A stretch of DNA of 63,796 bases, the filler included, from an uncultured bacterium (GTDB lineage: Bacteria > Latescibacterota > UBA2968), in NCBI GenBank assembly GCA_964471275.1. It is 5 parts of 5 records of this genome, joined end to end, with 100 filler letters (N's around TTAATTAATTAA, not from the genome) between each part and the next. Parts side by side here need not be neighbours in the genome. Positions count along the whole stretch, not along the records: positions 13,755 to 27,355 come from CAYYGZ010000125.1; positions 27,456 to 41,040 come from CAYYGZ010000126.1; 3 more parts are not named here. The stretch is one strand, 5' to 3'. The notes below the pieces were generated by a model, which saw only the letters and a program-made list of their open reading frames with translations, made no database searches and had not been told where the DNA came from. Within the stretch, counting starts at the first letter, position 1. Each line of letters begins with the position of its first letter. Positions 21,192 to 31,144 of the stretch are shown here, in pieces. The translations under genes and the position numbers were made by a program.

Positions 21192-21409
21192 AACCTTCAG
21201 AAATCAGAGAACTGAGCATCGACGAGGTTCGTCAACAGCTGGACGAGCGCGAGGAGGAGCTGGCAAACCTGAATCTTCAGCTCGCCACGCATCAGCTTGA
21301 AAATCCCCTGACTGTACCCGCTGCCCGCCGGGAAGTTGCCCGGCTGAAGACGGTCTTGCGCGAACACCAACTGGGAATCCGAAGCCTGCCTGGTCAGGCC
21401 AACGCATAA
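21188..21409 (+). CDS. rpmC: 50S ribosomal protein L29
   Basis: [23 protein letters not shown]; conserved position. Confidence 0.95.
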   Translation: MKPSEIRELSIDEVRQQLDEREEELANLNLQLATHQLENPLTVPAARREVARLKTVLREHQLGIRSLPGQANA

Positions 21410-21426
21410 GTTTAGGAGAGGTATTG

Positions 21427-21693
21427 ATGGCGGAAGCCAAGGCGCGTGGACGTCGAAAGAGCCGAATAGGCGAGGTTGTTAAGGATCGCGCGGATAAGAC
21501 CGTGGTCGTGAGAGTTTCCCGACGCGTTCCTCATCCGCTCTACGGCAAAGTCGTACAACGTTCGGCGAAGTTTTCTGCGCACGATGAAGCCAACGATGCG
21601 CATATCGGCGATACCGTCCGAATTGTCGAAACAAAGCCTATCAGCAAGACGAAGCGCTGGCGAGTCGCCGAAGTCGTCGAACGGGCCCGGTAA
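21427..21693 (+). CDS. rpsQ: 30S ribosomal protein S17
   Basis: [27 protein letters not shown]. Confidence 0.97.
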   Translation: MAEAKARGRRKSRIGEVVKDRADKTVVVRVSRRVPHPLYGKVVQRSAKFSAHDEANDAHIGDTVRIVETKPISKTKRWRVAEVVERAR

Positions 21694-21744
21694 GGGCGCA
21701 TCCACCGTCGCTCAGCGAGCCTCGGCGGACCTAGGGGAGAAGAG

Positions 21745-22113
21745 ATGGTCAGGGAGTATACGGTACTGAACTGCGCTGATAACTCCGGCGCACGAAAAAT
21801 GATGTGTTTCCGCGTTCTAGGGGGCACAAAGAGGCGGTACGCCGGCATAGGCGACACGATCGTCGTTGCTGTCAAGAGTGCTCAGCCGAATGCTGCCGTC
21901 AAGAAGGGCGAAGTGGCTCGAGCCGTGATCGTTCGGACGAAGAAGGAGGTCCGCCGTTCCGATGGTTCCTACGTCCGTTTCGACGACAACGCGGCCGTAT
22001 TGATCAGCCCGGAGGGCGAACCGCGAGGCACACGCATCTTTGGTCCCGTAGCTCGTGAACTCAGGGATAAACGATTCATGCGGATCGTCTCCCTTGCACC
22101 GGAAGTGATATAG
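21745..22113 (+). CDS. rplN: 50S ribosomal protein L14
   Basis: [32 protein letters not shown]. Confidence 0.98.
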   Translation: MVREYTVLNCADNSGARKMMCFRVLGGTKRRYAGIGDTIVVAVKSAQPNAAVKKGEVARAVIVRTKKEVRRSDGSYVRFDDNAAVLISPEGEPRGTRIFGPVARELRDKRFMRIVSLAPEVI

Positions 22114-22123
22114 GACGACCGAC

Positions 22124-22450
22124 GTGAAACAGCGAATCAAGAAGGGCGATACGGTAGAGGTGATCAGCGGTGTCGACGCGGGAAAACGAGGTACTGTCCT
22201 GGATGTCGATGCAGAGAAGTCGCGCGCTCTGGTCGAAGGCATCAATTTTATCAAACGCCACGAGCGGCCTAACCCCAAGAATCAGCAGGGCGGCATCGTC
22301 GAGAAGGAAGCAGGTGTTCATCTCTCGAAGCTAATGCCCATCGATCCACAGACAGGTGAGCGAACGCGCGTCCGGCGGCAGATTCTGGACGATGGTTCGA
22401 AGGTCAGGGTCGCCGTAAAGAGCGGGGAGCAGATTCCCGATTCCGAGTAG
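22124..22450 (+). CDS. rplX: 50S ribosomal protein L24
   Basis: [15 protein letters not shown] motif, GGIVEKEA. Confidence 0.97.
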   Translation: MKQRIKKGDTVEVISGVDAGKRGTVLDVDAEKSRALVEGINFIKRHERPNPKNQQGGIVEKEAGVHLSKLMPIDPQTGERTRVRRQILDDGSKVRVAVKSGEQIPDSE

Positions 22451-22475
22451 TCTATCAGGCAGGATGGAGTCCGTA

Positions 22476-23030
22476 ATGTCCGTAAGGTTACAAGAGAGAT
22501 ACAAAAAAGACGTGATGCCCGCTCTGAAGAGCCGGTTCAATTACAAGAATACCATGGAGATCCCGCGCGTCGAGAAGGTCGTTCTGAACATCGGCGTTGG
22601 CGAGGCAGTCCAGAACGCGAAGGCGATTGAGGGTGCGCTTGCAGATCTCTCAGCGATCGCGGGCCAGAAACCCTCGGTTCGGAAGGCCAAGCGTTCGGTT
22701 TCGAATTTTAAACTTCGCGAGGGCATGCCAATCGGTGCTTGTGTGACACTCAGGCGTGATCACATGTGGGAGTTCCTCGACAGATTTTTTAATTTTTCGG
22801 TCCCGCGCATCCGAGACTTCCGAGGGCTTTCGGCCAACTCCTTCGACGGCCGTGGAAACTACACGCTGGGTGTCCGGGAACAGATCATCTTTCCTGAGAT
22901 TGACTATGACAAGATCGATCAGGTGCGTGGTCTCGATGTGACGTTTGTGACCTCTGCAAGGACTGATGAAGAAGCACTGGAGCTGCTGCGCTCACTTGGC
23001 ATGCCGTTTGAGCAGCCAGAAATCGCCTAA
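22476..23030 (+). CDS. rplE: 50S ribosomal protein L5
   Basis: [32 protein letters not shown]; start 22464 or 22476. Confidence 0.98.
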   Translation: MSVRLQERYKKDVMPALKSRFNYKNTMEIPRVEKVVLNIGVGEAVQNAKAIEGALADLSAIAGQKPSVRKAKRSVSNFKLREGMPIGACVTLRRDHMWEFLDRFFNFSVPRIRDFRGLSANSFDGRGNYTLGVREQIIFPEIDYDKIDQVRGLDVTFVTSARTDEEALELLRSLGMPFEQPEIA

Positions 23031-23045
23031 AGGAAGAAGGTATTT

Positions 23046-23231
23046 GTGGCAAAGAAATCTCTGATCGCCAAGTCGAAAAGAAAGCCGAAGTTCAAAGTCC
23101 GAGCCTACAACCGCTGCGGTCGTTGTGGCCGGCCACGGGCCTACCTTCGTCGTTTCGGTATCTGTCGTATCTGTTTCCGAGATCTTGCCCTCCAGGGGCA
23201 GATCCCGGGAGTCACAAAAGCTAGCTGGTAA
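23046..23231 (+). CDS. rpsZ: 30S ribosomal protein S14, zinc-binding type Z
   Basis: 61 aa, CGRCGRP...[14 protein letters not shown]. Confidence 0.97.
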   Translation: MAKKSLIAKSKRKPKFKVRAYNRCGRCGRPRAYLRRFGICRICFRDLALQGQIPGVTKASW

Positions 23232-23250
23232 GCAAAGGACTGTACTTCCT

Positions 23251-23646
23251 ATGATGACCGACCCAATTGCGGACCTTTTGACGCGTGTTCGCAACGCCTG
23301 CATGGCGGGACACCGGAAAGTGGATATACCGAGTTCGCGGATGAAGCGTGAGATCGCAAGGATCCTGAAGGATCGTGGGTTCATCCACAACTTCGCTCAC
23401 GTCGAAGACAATCGGCAGGGATACCTCAGGCTCTACCTGAAGTACACTGACGAAGAGATGAGTACCATCCAGGGACTTCGGCGAATCAGTCGCCCTGGAC
23501 TCAGGAAGTATGTTGGAAAGAGTGAGATTCCCCGGGTGCTGAATGGACTGGGTGTCGCAATCCTGTCGACTTCCTCCGGTGTCCTGTGTGACAGTGAAGC
23601 CCGTAAAGCAGGTGTGGGCGGCGAAGTACTCTGCAATATCTGGTAG
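23251..23646 (+). CDS. rpsH: 30S ribosomal protein S8
   Basis: MTDPIADLLTRVRNA, SRPGLR, GGEVLC. Confidence 0.98.
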   Translation: MMTDPIADLLTRVRNACMAGHRKVDIPSSRMKREIARILKDRGFIHNFAHVEDNRQGYLRLYLKYTDEEMSTIQGLRRISRPGLRKYVGKSEIPRVLNGLGVAILSTSSGVLCDSEARKAGVGGEVLCNIW

Positions 23647-23659
23647 AGGAGACCTGACT

Positions 23660-24226
23660 GTGTCGCGAATAGGAAAAATGCCGGTCCCGGTGCCAAGTGG
23701 CGTCGACGTACGGCTCGGTGATGGGCAGGCGACGATCAAGGGAGCAAACGGTACCCTCGACGTGTTGGTTCACTCGCTGACGAAGGTTGTTCAAGACGGC
23801 GACCAGCTTGTAGTGACGGTCGAGGACACTGAGGATCAGCACTCCCGCGCTATCTGGGGGCTGACTCGGGCCTTGCTGGCAAACGCCGTCGAAGGGGTTA
23901 CCAAGGGGTTTGAGAAGCGACTCGTCGTCGTGGGAGTGGGATACCGAGCTGATCTCAAGGGCAAGAACCTGGATCTGCAGGTCGGATACAGTCATAACGT
24001 TCCGGTGAATCCGCCGCAGGGCATCGAGTTCGTGCTGGACGCCCCACCAGGTGGGATCGAAGGTGCGCAGACGACTTTGATTGTGAAAGGGGCGAGTAAG
24101 GAGCTGGTCGGAAGTACTGCGGCCGATATCCGAAAGATTCGCCCCCCGGAGCCCTACAAAGGTAAGGGCATCCGATATGCGGACGAGTATGTGAGGCGCA
24201 AGGCCGGTAAGACCGCCGTCGCCTAG
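23660..24226 (+). CDS. rplF: 50S ribosomal protein L6
   Basis: GTG start, SRIGKMPV, GVGYRA, RPPEPYKGKGIRY. Confidence 0.98.
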   Translation: MSRIGKMPVPVPSGVDVRLGDGQATIKGANGTLDVLVHSLTKVVQDGDQLVVTVEDTEDQHSRAIWGLTRALLANAVEGVTKGFEKRLVVVGVGYRADLKGKNLDLQVGYSHNVPVNPPQGIEFVLDAPPGGIEGAQTTLIVKGASKELVGSTAADIRKIRPPEPYKGKGIRYADEYVRRKAGKTAVA

Positions 24227-24248
24227 TTTCCTTAGGGGTTATCGCAGC

Positions 24249-24617
24249 ATGAGCAAGCGCACCAAAAGAGATCTCCGACGACGCAGACAAATGCGCGTTC
24301 GACACAAAGTCAGTGGAACGGCGGACCGCCCGAGATTGGCAGTCTTCCGGAGCGCCAAGCATGTCCAGGTACAACTCATTGACGATACAACTGGACGCGC
24401 ACTCCTCGGTTTGGCCAGCTACTCTCCCTCGGTTGTGGACCAGGTCTTGGCGGCAGAGGGAAAGTGCGCGCGCAGCCACGCCGTAGGCAGGGCGTTGGCG
24501 GCGAAGGCGGCGGAAGCAGGGATCAAGGAAGCCGTTTTCGATCGTGGCGGTTATCTGTATCACGGCCGCGTCAAGGCTTTGGCAGAGGGTGCCCGCGAGG
24601 GCGGACTCAAGATCTAA
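24249..24617 (+). CDS. rplR: 50S ribosomal protein L18
   Basis: [25 protein letters not shown]. Confidence 0.98.
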   Translation: MSKRTKRDLRRRRQMRVRHKVSGTADRPRLAVFRSAKHVQVQLIDDTTGRALLGLASYSPSVVDQVLAAEGKCARSHAVGRALAAKAAEAGIKEAVFDRGGYLYHGRVKALAEGAREGGLKI

Positions 24618-24647
24618 GTCACTAGGAACTTTAAGAAGGAGGCCACA

Positions 24648-25157
24648 TTGGCCAGAATTGACCCGACAGGGCTTGATCTCACCGAGGTCGTCATCAACAA
24701 CAGCATCAACCGTGTTTCGCACGTCCGCAAGGGTGGACGTCGGTTCTCTTTCAACGCGTTAGCCGTTGTTGGAGATCGCAAGGGACACGTCGGTGTTGGG
24801 ATGGGTAAAGCGGGTGAAGTGGCCGAAGCGATTCGGAAGGCAACGGAGAATGCGAAGAAGGAATTGATCCGTGTCCCTGTGATCGACGGCACGATTCCCC
24901 ACGAGATCATCGGCGTCTTTGGAGCAGCACGTGTCCTCCTCAAGCCCGCTGCCCCCGGTACGGGTGTAATCGCAGGCGGCGGCATCCGCGCGGTCCTGGA
25001 GCTTGCAGGTGTTCAGAATGTCCTGAGTAAGTCGCTCGGATCGAAGAACTCTCAGAACACGGTAAAGGCCGCCATAAACGGGCTGGCGACACTGCGCGAT
25101 GCAAAGGCTTTTGCCGAGCTACGCGGGGTCGACGTCTCAGATATTGCGGCAGGATAG
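24648..25157 (+). CDS. rpsE: 30S ribosomal protein S5
   Basis: [25 protein letters not shown]. Confidence 0.98.
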   Translation: MARIDPTGLDLTEVVINNSINRVSHVRKGGRRFSFNALAVVGDRKGHVGVGMGKAGEVAEAIRKATENAKKELIRVPVIDGTIPHEIIGVFGAARVLLKPAAPGTGVIAGGGIRAVLELAGVQNVLSKSLGSKNSQNTVKAAINGLATLRDAKAFAELRGVDVSDIAAG

Positions 25158-25163
25158 GACGAT

Positions 25164-25346
25164 ATGGCGACTCTCAGGATTACTCAGGTCAAGAGCGCGA
25201 TCAAACGCCAGGCTAATCAACGCAAGACGCTCGAGGCGCTTGGTATCCGCCGACTGAACCAAACCGTAGAGCACACGGACACGCTCCAGATACTGGGCAT
25301 GGTAAACACAGTTTCCCATCTGGTGACGGTAGAGCGAGACGGTTAA
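25164..25346 (+). CDS. rpmD: 50S ribosomal protein L30
   Basis: LRITQVKSAI, TLEALGI, GMVNTVSHLV. Confidence 0.96.
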   Translation: MATLRITQVKSAIKRQANQRKTLEALGIRRLNQTVEHTDTLQILGMVNTVSHLVTVERDG

Positions 25347-25366
25347 CGCTCGACAGGAAAGGTGAA

Positions 25367-25837
25367 ATGGATCTCTCGAACATAAAATCGCCCAAGGGCG
25401 CGACACGAACGAAGAAGCGTCTTGGCATCGGTCCAGGTTCTGGTGTCGGCAAGACGTGCGGAAGGGGCCACAAGGGTCAGAATTCTCGGTCCGGCGGCGG
25501 CGTGAAGCCGTGGTTCGAGGGCGGGCAGATGCCGCTGCAGATGCGTCTCCCCAAGGTCGGGTTCAGCAGCACGCGTCCGGCGAATCAGGTTGTGAATCTG
25601 AAGAATCTGACACGTAAGGGTCTGAAGGGTACGGTAACGCCCGATGTACTGAAGCAGGCTGGGCTGATCGGATCTGCCGCCCTGCCGGTAAAGATACTGG
25701 GTGTAGGAGAGGTTTCGGAAGCGATCCAGGTAAGCGGAATCGCTGTTTCGAAGTCTGCTGTGGAGAAGATCACTGCCGCCGGAGGGAGCGTAGCTTCTGA
25801 TCAGGCAACAGACAAGCCGGTTGATGATCAGGAATAA
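25367..25837 (+). CDS. rplO: 50S ribosomal protein L15
   Basis: GKTCGRGHKGQ, FEGGQMPL..RLPK, KITAAGG. Confidence 0.98.
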   Translation: MDLSNIKSPKGATRTKKRLGIGPGSGVGKTCGRGHKGQNSRSGGGVKPWFEGGQMPLQMRLPKVGFSSTRPANQVVNLKNLTRKGLKGTVTPDVLKQAGLIGSAALPVKILGVGEVSEAIQVSGIAVSKSAVEKITAAGGSVASDQATDKPVDDQE

Positions 25838-25848
25838 TCGAGGATAAC

Positions 25849-27189
25849 TTGCTCAAAACGTTCCAAAGCGCCTTTCGCATCCCCGAGTTGAGGAGTCGCA
25901 TACTCTTCACGCTAGCGATCTTGGTTGTTTACCGGATCGGTGGTCAGGTCCCGATCCCGGGAATTGATCGGATTGCTCTGCAGGAGTTCTTCCAGGGGAC
26001 TGAGAGAACTCTCTTTTCGATGTATGATATGTTCGTCGGAGGAGCGTTCACTCGCGCCACCGTGTTTGCGCTCGGGATAATGCCCTACATCAGTGCCTCG
26101 ATCATTATTCAGTTGCTTGGGGCCGTTATCCCGTTCTTGCAGAAGCTTCAGAAAGAGGGCGAAGAAGGACGCAAGAAGATCACGCAGTATACGCGGTATG
26201 GAACTGTCGCACTCGCCGCCGCCCAGAGCGGAGCTGTTGCGTATTTCTTGGAATCGCTACGTTCCCCGATCACGGGCCAGTCGGTCGTGGTCGATCCCGG
26301 GCTCGGATTCACGCTTCTGACGATGCTCACGATCACGTCCGGCACCATATTCATCATGTGGTTGGGTGAACAGATCGACGCATCAGGAATCGGCAACGGT
26401 ATGTCGATGCTCATCTTTATTGGCATCGTGGCAAGACTTCCCTGGGCGATCGGTCAGGAATACACCGATTTCATCACGAACGACAAGAGTATTTTTGTCG
26501 AGATATTTGTGCTGGCGATCATTGCCGGAGTGACGGCGCTTGTTGTTATGCTGACTCAGGGCACACGGAAGATACCGGTTCAGTACGCGAAACGCGTCGT
26601 TGGGCGCAAAGTCTATGGTGGGCAGACAACACATATCCCGCTCAAGGTTAATGTGTCCGGGGTTATGCCGATCATCTTTGCGCAGGCGATTATGTTTCTG
26701 CCTTCGACGATGGCTAGCTTTGCTCCCAACGTCGAACTCGTGCAGCAGATTGCTGTTGCTCTGTCTCCGGGGGGTACGCTTCAATCCCTGCCATACTGGG
26801 TTATGTATAGTATGCTGATCATCTTCTTCGCCTACTTCTACACCGCGATTGTCTTCAATCCGGTGGATCTTGCGGATAACATGAAACGGCAAGGCGGGTT
26901 TATTCCCGGAGTCCGCCCCGGCAAGCGGACTTCGGACTACATTGATCGGATCCTGACGCGCATAACGCTTCCCGGATCGATCTTTCTGGCAGCCATTGCA
27001 GTATTCCCGTTCTTCGTCGTCGAAGCTTTGGGCGTTCACCCAGGTCTGTCTGACTTCTTCGGTGGGACCGGGCTGCTGATCATCGTGGGGGTCGCACTCG
27101 ATACGCTGCAACAGATTGAGTCGCATCTGTTGATGCGTCACTATGACGGCTTTATGAAGAAGGGCCGGATCAGGGGTCGACGAGGCTGA
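25849..27189 (+). CDS. secY: Preprotein translocase subunit SecY
   Basis: LGIMPYISASII, WLGEQI, GIGNG, GVMPIIFA, IPGVRPG, GGTGLLI. Confidence 0.99.
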   Translation: MLKTFQSAFRIPELRSRILFTLAILVVYRIGGQVPIPGIDRIALQEFFQGTERTLFSMYDMFVGGAFTRATVFALGIMPYISASIIIQLLGAVIPFLQKLQKEGEEGRKKITQYTRYGTVALAAAQSGAVAYFLESLRSPITGQSVVVDPGLGFTLLTMLTITSGTIFIMWLGEQIDASGIGNGMSMLIFIGIVARLPWAIGQEYTDFITNDKSIFVEIFVLAIIAGVTALVVMLTQGTRKIPVQYAKRVVGRKVYGGQTTHIPLKVNVSGVMPIIFAQAIMFLPSTMASFAPNVELVQQIAVALSPGGTLQSLPYWVMYSMLIIFFAYFYTAIVFNPVDLADNMKRQGGFIPGVRPGKRTSDYIDRILTRITLPGSIFLAAIAVFPFFVVEALGVHPGLSDFFGGTGLLIIVGVALDTLQQIESHLLMRHYDGFMKKGRIRGRRG

Positions 27190-27240
27190 TAGACAAGCTT
27201 CACGCACTGGGCAACCTCTAAATTTTCTCAAGGCGGCATC

Positions 27241-27355
27241 ATGAAAGTATCGTCATCGGTAAAGAAACGGTGTAATCACTGCAAGATCATCCGCAGACGC
27301 GGTATTGTGCGCGTGATCTGCAAGGCCAACCCCAGACACAAACAGCGTCAGGGCT
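27241..27355 (+). CDS. rpmJ: 50S ribosomal protein L36 (Zn-ribbon type; stop codon cut by contig end)
   Basis: Hand translation [38 protein letters not shown]; absent from the ORF track. Confidence 0.97.
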
Positions 27356-27455
27356 NNNNNNNNNNNNNNNNNNNNNNNNNNNNNNNNNNNNNNNNNNNNT
27401 TAATTAATTAANNNNNNNNNNNNNNNNNNNNNNNNNNNNNNNNNNNNNNNNNNNN
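27356..27455. other. Artificial contig linker
   Basis: N44-TTAATTAATTAA-N44. Confidence 0.99.
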
Positions 27456-28169
27456 GGTGATGTCGACATCGAATCGGCCATGTCTCGCGTGGAGGGACTG
27501 CCGTTCGAGGATATCGGTTTTGCCCACGTCGATCATCACCGGGCCCTCCGGAAGGGATTCCCGGAGGTTATCTTCTGTCAGGGAAAGACCGTCGAGCAAG
27601 TTGTCGAGATCGGCAGACGACTGGCAGCCAACGGATCACTTCTCGCAACACGAGCCGATGATGCCCAGGCAGAGGCGCTGCTCCAGGCGATTCACGGCGC
27701 GGAGCACCAGGCAATCGGGCGAACCGTGACCTTCAGGCATCCCGATGCTACGTGTCCACCGACAAGGGGTCGGATTCTGGTCCTCTCGGCGGGTACGTCG
27801 GACCTTCCCGTGGCCGAGGAAGCAGCGACAACCGCAAATATCATGGGGAATCCGGTCGAGCGTGTCTTTGACGTCGGTGTTGCGGGGATACACCGCTTGC
27901 TCGCGTATCGAGAGCGAATGACCGAAGCCAGCGTAATCATCGTGGTGGCCGGGATGGAAGGTGCGCTGCCGAGCGTGGTTGGGGGGATGGTAAACGCACC
28001 GGTTATCGCCGTCCCGACGAGCATCGGCTATGGCGCAAGCTTTGGCGGTTTGGCGGCGCTTCTGGGTATGTTGAATAGCTGCAGCGCGGGAGTAACGGTG
28101 GTGAACATCGACAATGGGTTTGGCGCGGGGTATTCGGCCAGCCTGATCAACCGAGCTCTGGACGGTTAA
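27456..28169 (+). CDS. larB: Nickel pincer cofactor biosynthesis protein LarB (5'-truncated)
   Basis: [61 protein letters not shown]. Confidence 0.93.
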   Translation, partial: GDVDIESAMSRVEGLPFEDIGFAHVDHHRALRKGFPEVIFCQGKTVEQVVEIGRRLAANGSLLATRADDAQAEALLQAIHGAEHQAIGRTVTFRHPDATCPPTRGRILVLSAGTSDLPVAEEAATTANIMGNPVERVFDVGVAGIHRLLAYRERMTEASVIIVVAGMEGALPSVVGGMVNAPVIAVPTSIGYGASFGGLAALLGMLNSCSAGVTVVNIDNGFGAGYSASLINRALDG

Positions 28170-28957
28170 TCAGGCTGTCGCTTGTCATCGGGCCGGAAGT
28201 CGACAATACGATGGCCGTTTGTGTAGGGGCGAGTCTTGTACTCGCGGATGGTCTGCATACGTTTGATGATCTCGGTAATCCGTGCCGCGGCGTTGGCGAT
28301 GAGTTTCTGGTTCCTGTATACCGGGCTGGTTTCGTCCAGTTGGACGAGCGACATCTCCACATACCCCAGAAAAGTCGTCAGCGGCTGGCTAATCTCGTGT
28401 GCTGCCCGCCGGCGATCTTGAGCATCGTTTCCAGCCGCTCGGATTGCATTCGATGGTCTTTGGCGACTCTCCGATCGCTCAGGTCGTGAGCGACACCGAT
28501 GTAGAACTGATCCGGCTCCCACGGCAAAGGTGGCCATCATCCACTCGACGGGTATCTCTGACCCGTCATCCCTCCTGATCAGATCCTCCGATACGACGGG
28601 TTCGCCCTGACCCGATATGCCTACGTAGGAGGACAATTCGGTGAACTTCTTCCAGTCGAGGCTCTGCTCCTTGTTCTGGTGATCGGTGATGTCCTGCCCG
28701 ATCACCTCGTCATCCGGTACACCAATCAGCTGATCGGCGCTTCGACTCGCCATTATGATGGTACCTTTGTGGTCAGTGGTGAACACGCCATCACCGATGT
28801 GCTCGAAGATCAAGGTGGTTCGCGCCTCGGCCGCCATCCTCCGCCGGATATCACGAAGGTGTGCGAGAAGGAGGCGCCCGCCATCGATATCCACGGGACC
28901 GATGTCGAGATCGAACGGGAATACCTGATCGTCGTACATTGCTAGGAGTTTTGCCAT
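28166..28957 (-). pseudogene. C-terminal part of a multi-PAS sensor with HisKA-like helix; internal double frameshift
   Basis: PAC end (LLAHLRDI), PAS (FEHIGDGVFTTD...GSEIPVE), H-box AAHEISQPL; no ATPase domain; ~28405-28512 reads correctly only in another frame. Confidence 0.7.
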
Positions 28958-29014
28958 TTGGGTGCCCCTCTGGGCAGGGCAAAAGACAAGTGCTCCCGTG
29001 CCGTTTGGGAAATG

Positions 29015-29044
29015 AAAAGCCCGAGTTCCGAAGAACCCGGGCTT
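29015..29044 (-). terminator. Rho-independent terminator
   Basis: Minus strand GCCCGGGTTC-TTCG-GAACTCGGGC-TTTT, just downstream of the 29071 stop. Confidence 0.8.
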
Positions 29045-29070
29045 AAGCTACTGGACCGTCAGTGCATCGC

Positions 29071-30936
29071 TTATTCGTCGTCTGGTACCTCGCCAACGAG
29101 TGCTGCGATGTAGTTGTCGGCCATTTCCATCAAACGTCCCTCGAGGTTCATCATTGCAGAAGTAGAAACGCCTACCTTGGTTCCCCACTCGCGAACCAGG
29201 TTGTTGCAACTCTTCTTGATCGTCTCGTGCCGACGCTTGTGAGCGCTGAAGTGGTTCTGGCCTTCCGGCGCCTGCTCCATCCGGTCTTTATACAGCTTGA
29301 AACCATACTCGGTGAGGTAATCCACAAAATAGTTGAGTGACAGGTTCTGAGCCTTTTTGCCCATGTCCTCGGTATAGGGAGACTTGTTGTATTTCATGAG
29401 GACCTCCTCCTGAATCATAAGGCGATCACCCGGGATGATGTCTTCCTTCTTCCGAAGTCCGATGTAGATCCTCGCAAGGATTTCGATTGTTGGTACGAAA
29501 GTACTCAGGCGCGTACCGACAGAGTAGAGGAGCTTTTTGACCGGTCCCTTCTTGAGGAGTTCGAGAACCTCATCGGTCACCTTGGAACCGATCGCTTTGG
29601 AGATCAATTCGGTATGAGGCCTAATCGCATTCTGTGGGTCGAGCTCGTAAGCTTTGACCGCCTCGATCGCCCGGGCATCGAACTCGATACTGACCGGTTC
29701 GAATGTATAACCACTGGCCAGACGGCTTGCTGCCTTGAGCCCCTCTCTGAATTCCGGTGTGGACCACAGCTTCTCGAAGAGTGCGCGCGATGCGAAGATC
29801 GAGCTCGGTTTTGAATTTGGATCCGTAACGATCGGGTTCCAGATCTCGCAGTTCAGAATTCTATGCAGGGAATGGAATGCCCGAACAAGCTGCTCTTCGT
29901 TCGATACGTGAACGGTCTGTTTGGGTGCCCGCTTGGCGCCTTTCTTGGTGCCGGTCGGTTTTGGCGCTTTCTCGGCAGTCGGAGGCTCCTGTGTCACAGC
30001 AGGCTCTTCCTCGGGCGATGTCGTCTCTGGACTGGCGCTCTCCGTTTCCGGTTCTGGTGGGGCATCGGTCGAGAGTGTCGCGTCTTCCTCCGCGGTCTCT
30101 ACTCCCTCCGAGGGTACTGGTTCGGGATCGTCACTCTTCTGCTTCTTCTTTGGTGCCCTCTGCATCTTAGTCGGTGATGTCGGTTCGCCGGGCTCGTCCG
30201 CTGCAAGTGTCGCATTCTCAGATGGGGTTTTGACTGGCCCGCTATCCTGCTCATGGGACGTGCCCGGCGTGTCCGCTTCGGAACCCACTGAGGGGGCAGC
30301 GTCCTCCGGGGCTTGCACGGCGTCATCTGCCGCGACAGGTTCAGTCTCCTGCACTCTGGGTTTGGCTTTGCGTCTTGCTGGCGGAGCCTTCTGTACCTTT
30401 ACGGTCGAGAACTGTTTTGGTGCCTCATCACCGATTTCCTCCACGACAGGCGTATTGTCGGTATCCGAGACCGGCGAATCCGTGCCTGGTCGTGCCCCTG
30501 AAGATCCGGGTGCACTCTCTCTGCCCTTGGCTTCTGCCACGTCTGCAGCGACTTCTGACGCATCCTCTCCTGCGACTTTACCGATTCCCAGGTTCGAGAT
30601 CCCATCCTTCGCCGTCTCGAGCAGTTGTCCCGGACTGATCTCGGATGTCGCGTCTTTCAGCTCGTCGACAAAGGTTTTGGCCATCTTGCTGAAGGCAGCA
30701 CCAAAGGCGCCGCCACTAGACTTCTTGGCAGCAGCGGGTTTCTGCTTGGACTTTTTCTTTTTGAGGAATGAAGATTTGGCCTTCTCAGGTTTGGCCGGGG
30801 CCGAACTGCTGGCTGATCTGGAGGGGGGGGCAGTTTTGGACGGTGCTTTTTTCTTTGGCGGAGCCTTCGGGGTCGCAGGACCGGCCTTCTTCTTGGCTGC
30901 TATGGTTGCCTGTAGCTTGTCGCGCGCGTCCGACAT
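29071..30936 (-). CDS. Hypothetical protein: long K/A/P/E/T-rich low-complexity N-terminal region plus ~280-aa globular C-terminal domain
   Basis: Long ORF followed by a clean terminator; no family motif recognised; start 30936 or 30969. Confidence 0.75.
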   Translation of the reverse strand: MSDARDKLQATIAAKKKAGPATPKAPPKKKAPSKTAPPSRSASSSAPAKPEKAKSSFLKKKKSKQKPAAAKKSSGGAFGAAFSKMAKTFVDELKDATSEISPGQLLETAKDGISNLGIGKVAGEDASEVAADVAEAKGRESAPGSSGARPGTDSPVSDTDNTPVVEEIGDEAPKQFSTVKVQKAPPARRKAKPRVQETEPVAADDAVQAPEDAAPSVGSEADTPGTSHEQDSGPVKTPSENATLAADEPGEPTSPTKMQRAPKKKQKSDDPEPVPSEGVETAEEDATLSTDAPPEPETESASPETTSPEEEPAVTQEPPTAEKAPKPTGTKKGAKRAPKQTVHVSNEEQLVRAFHSLHRILNCEIWNPIVTDPNSKPSSIFASRALFEKLWSTPEFREGLKAASRLASGYTFEPVSIEFDARAIEAVKAYELDPQNAIRPHTELISKAIGSKVTDEVLELLKKGPVKKLLYSVGTRLSTFVPTIEILARIYIGLRKKEDIIPGDRLMIQEEVLMKYNKSPYTEDMGKKAQNLSLNYFVDYLTEYGFKLYKDRMEQAPEGQNHFSAHKRRHETIKKSCNNLVREWGTKVGVSTSAMMNLEGRLMEMADNYIAALVGEVPDDE

Positions 30937-31144
30937 GAGAGGGATCCATCTTCCGGGCACGATTTCCATACTTGGGAATCCTGCCCGGCGTCTAGAACAC
31001 GATAGGACCTAAAGAACTGTAATTCAGGTCGTTACTCTACTCCGGGGGCCTATCGTACAAAGTGTCGTTTTGTGTTTGCTGGAACATATCAGAAGTACCT
31101 AACCCCTGTATTAACAATGAATATAAAAAGTTCGCAAAAGCAGT

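Noticed and set aside
21700..21730. Hairpin between rpsQ and rplN as a ribosomal leader RNA
   Set aside because: Imperfect stem with no U tract and no feature I can match to a known leader family
29921..31012. 363-aa Gly/Ser/Ala-rich + strand ORF
   Set aside because: Antisense of the low-complexity region of the 29071-30936 gene; the terminator supports the minus-strand gene
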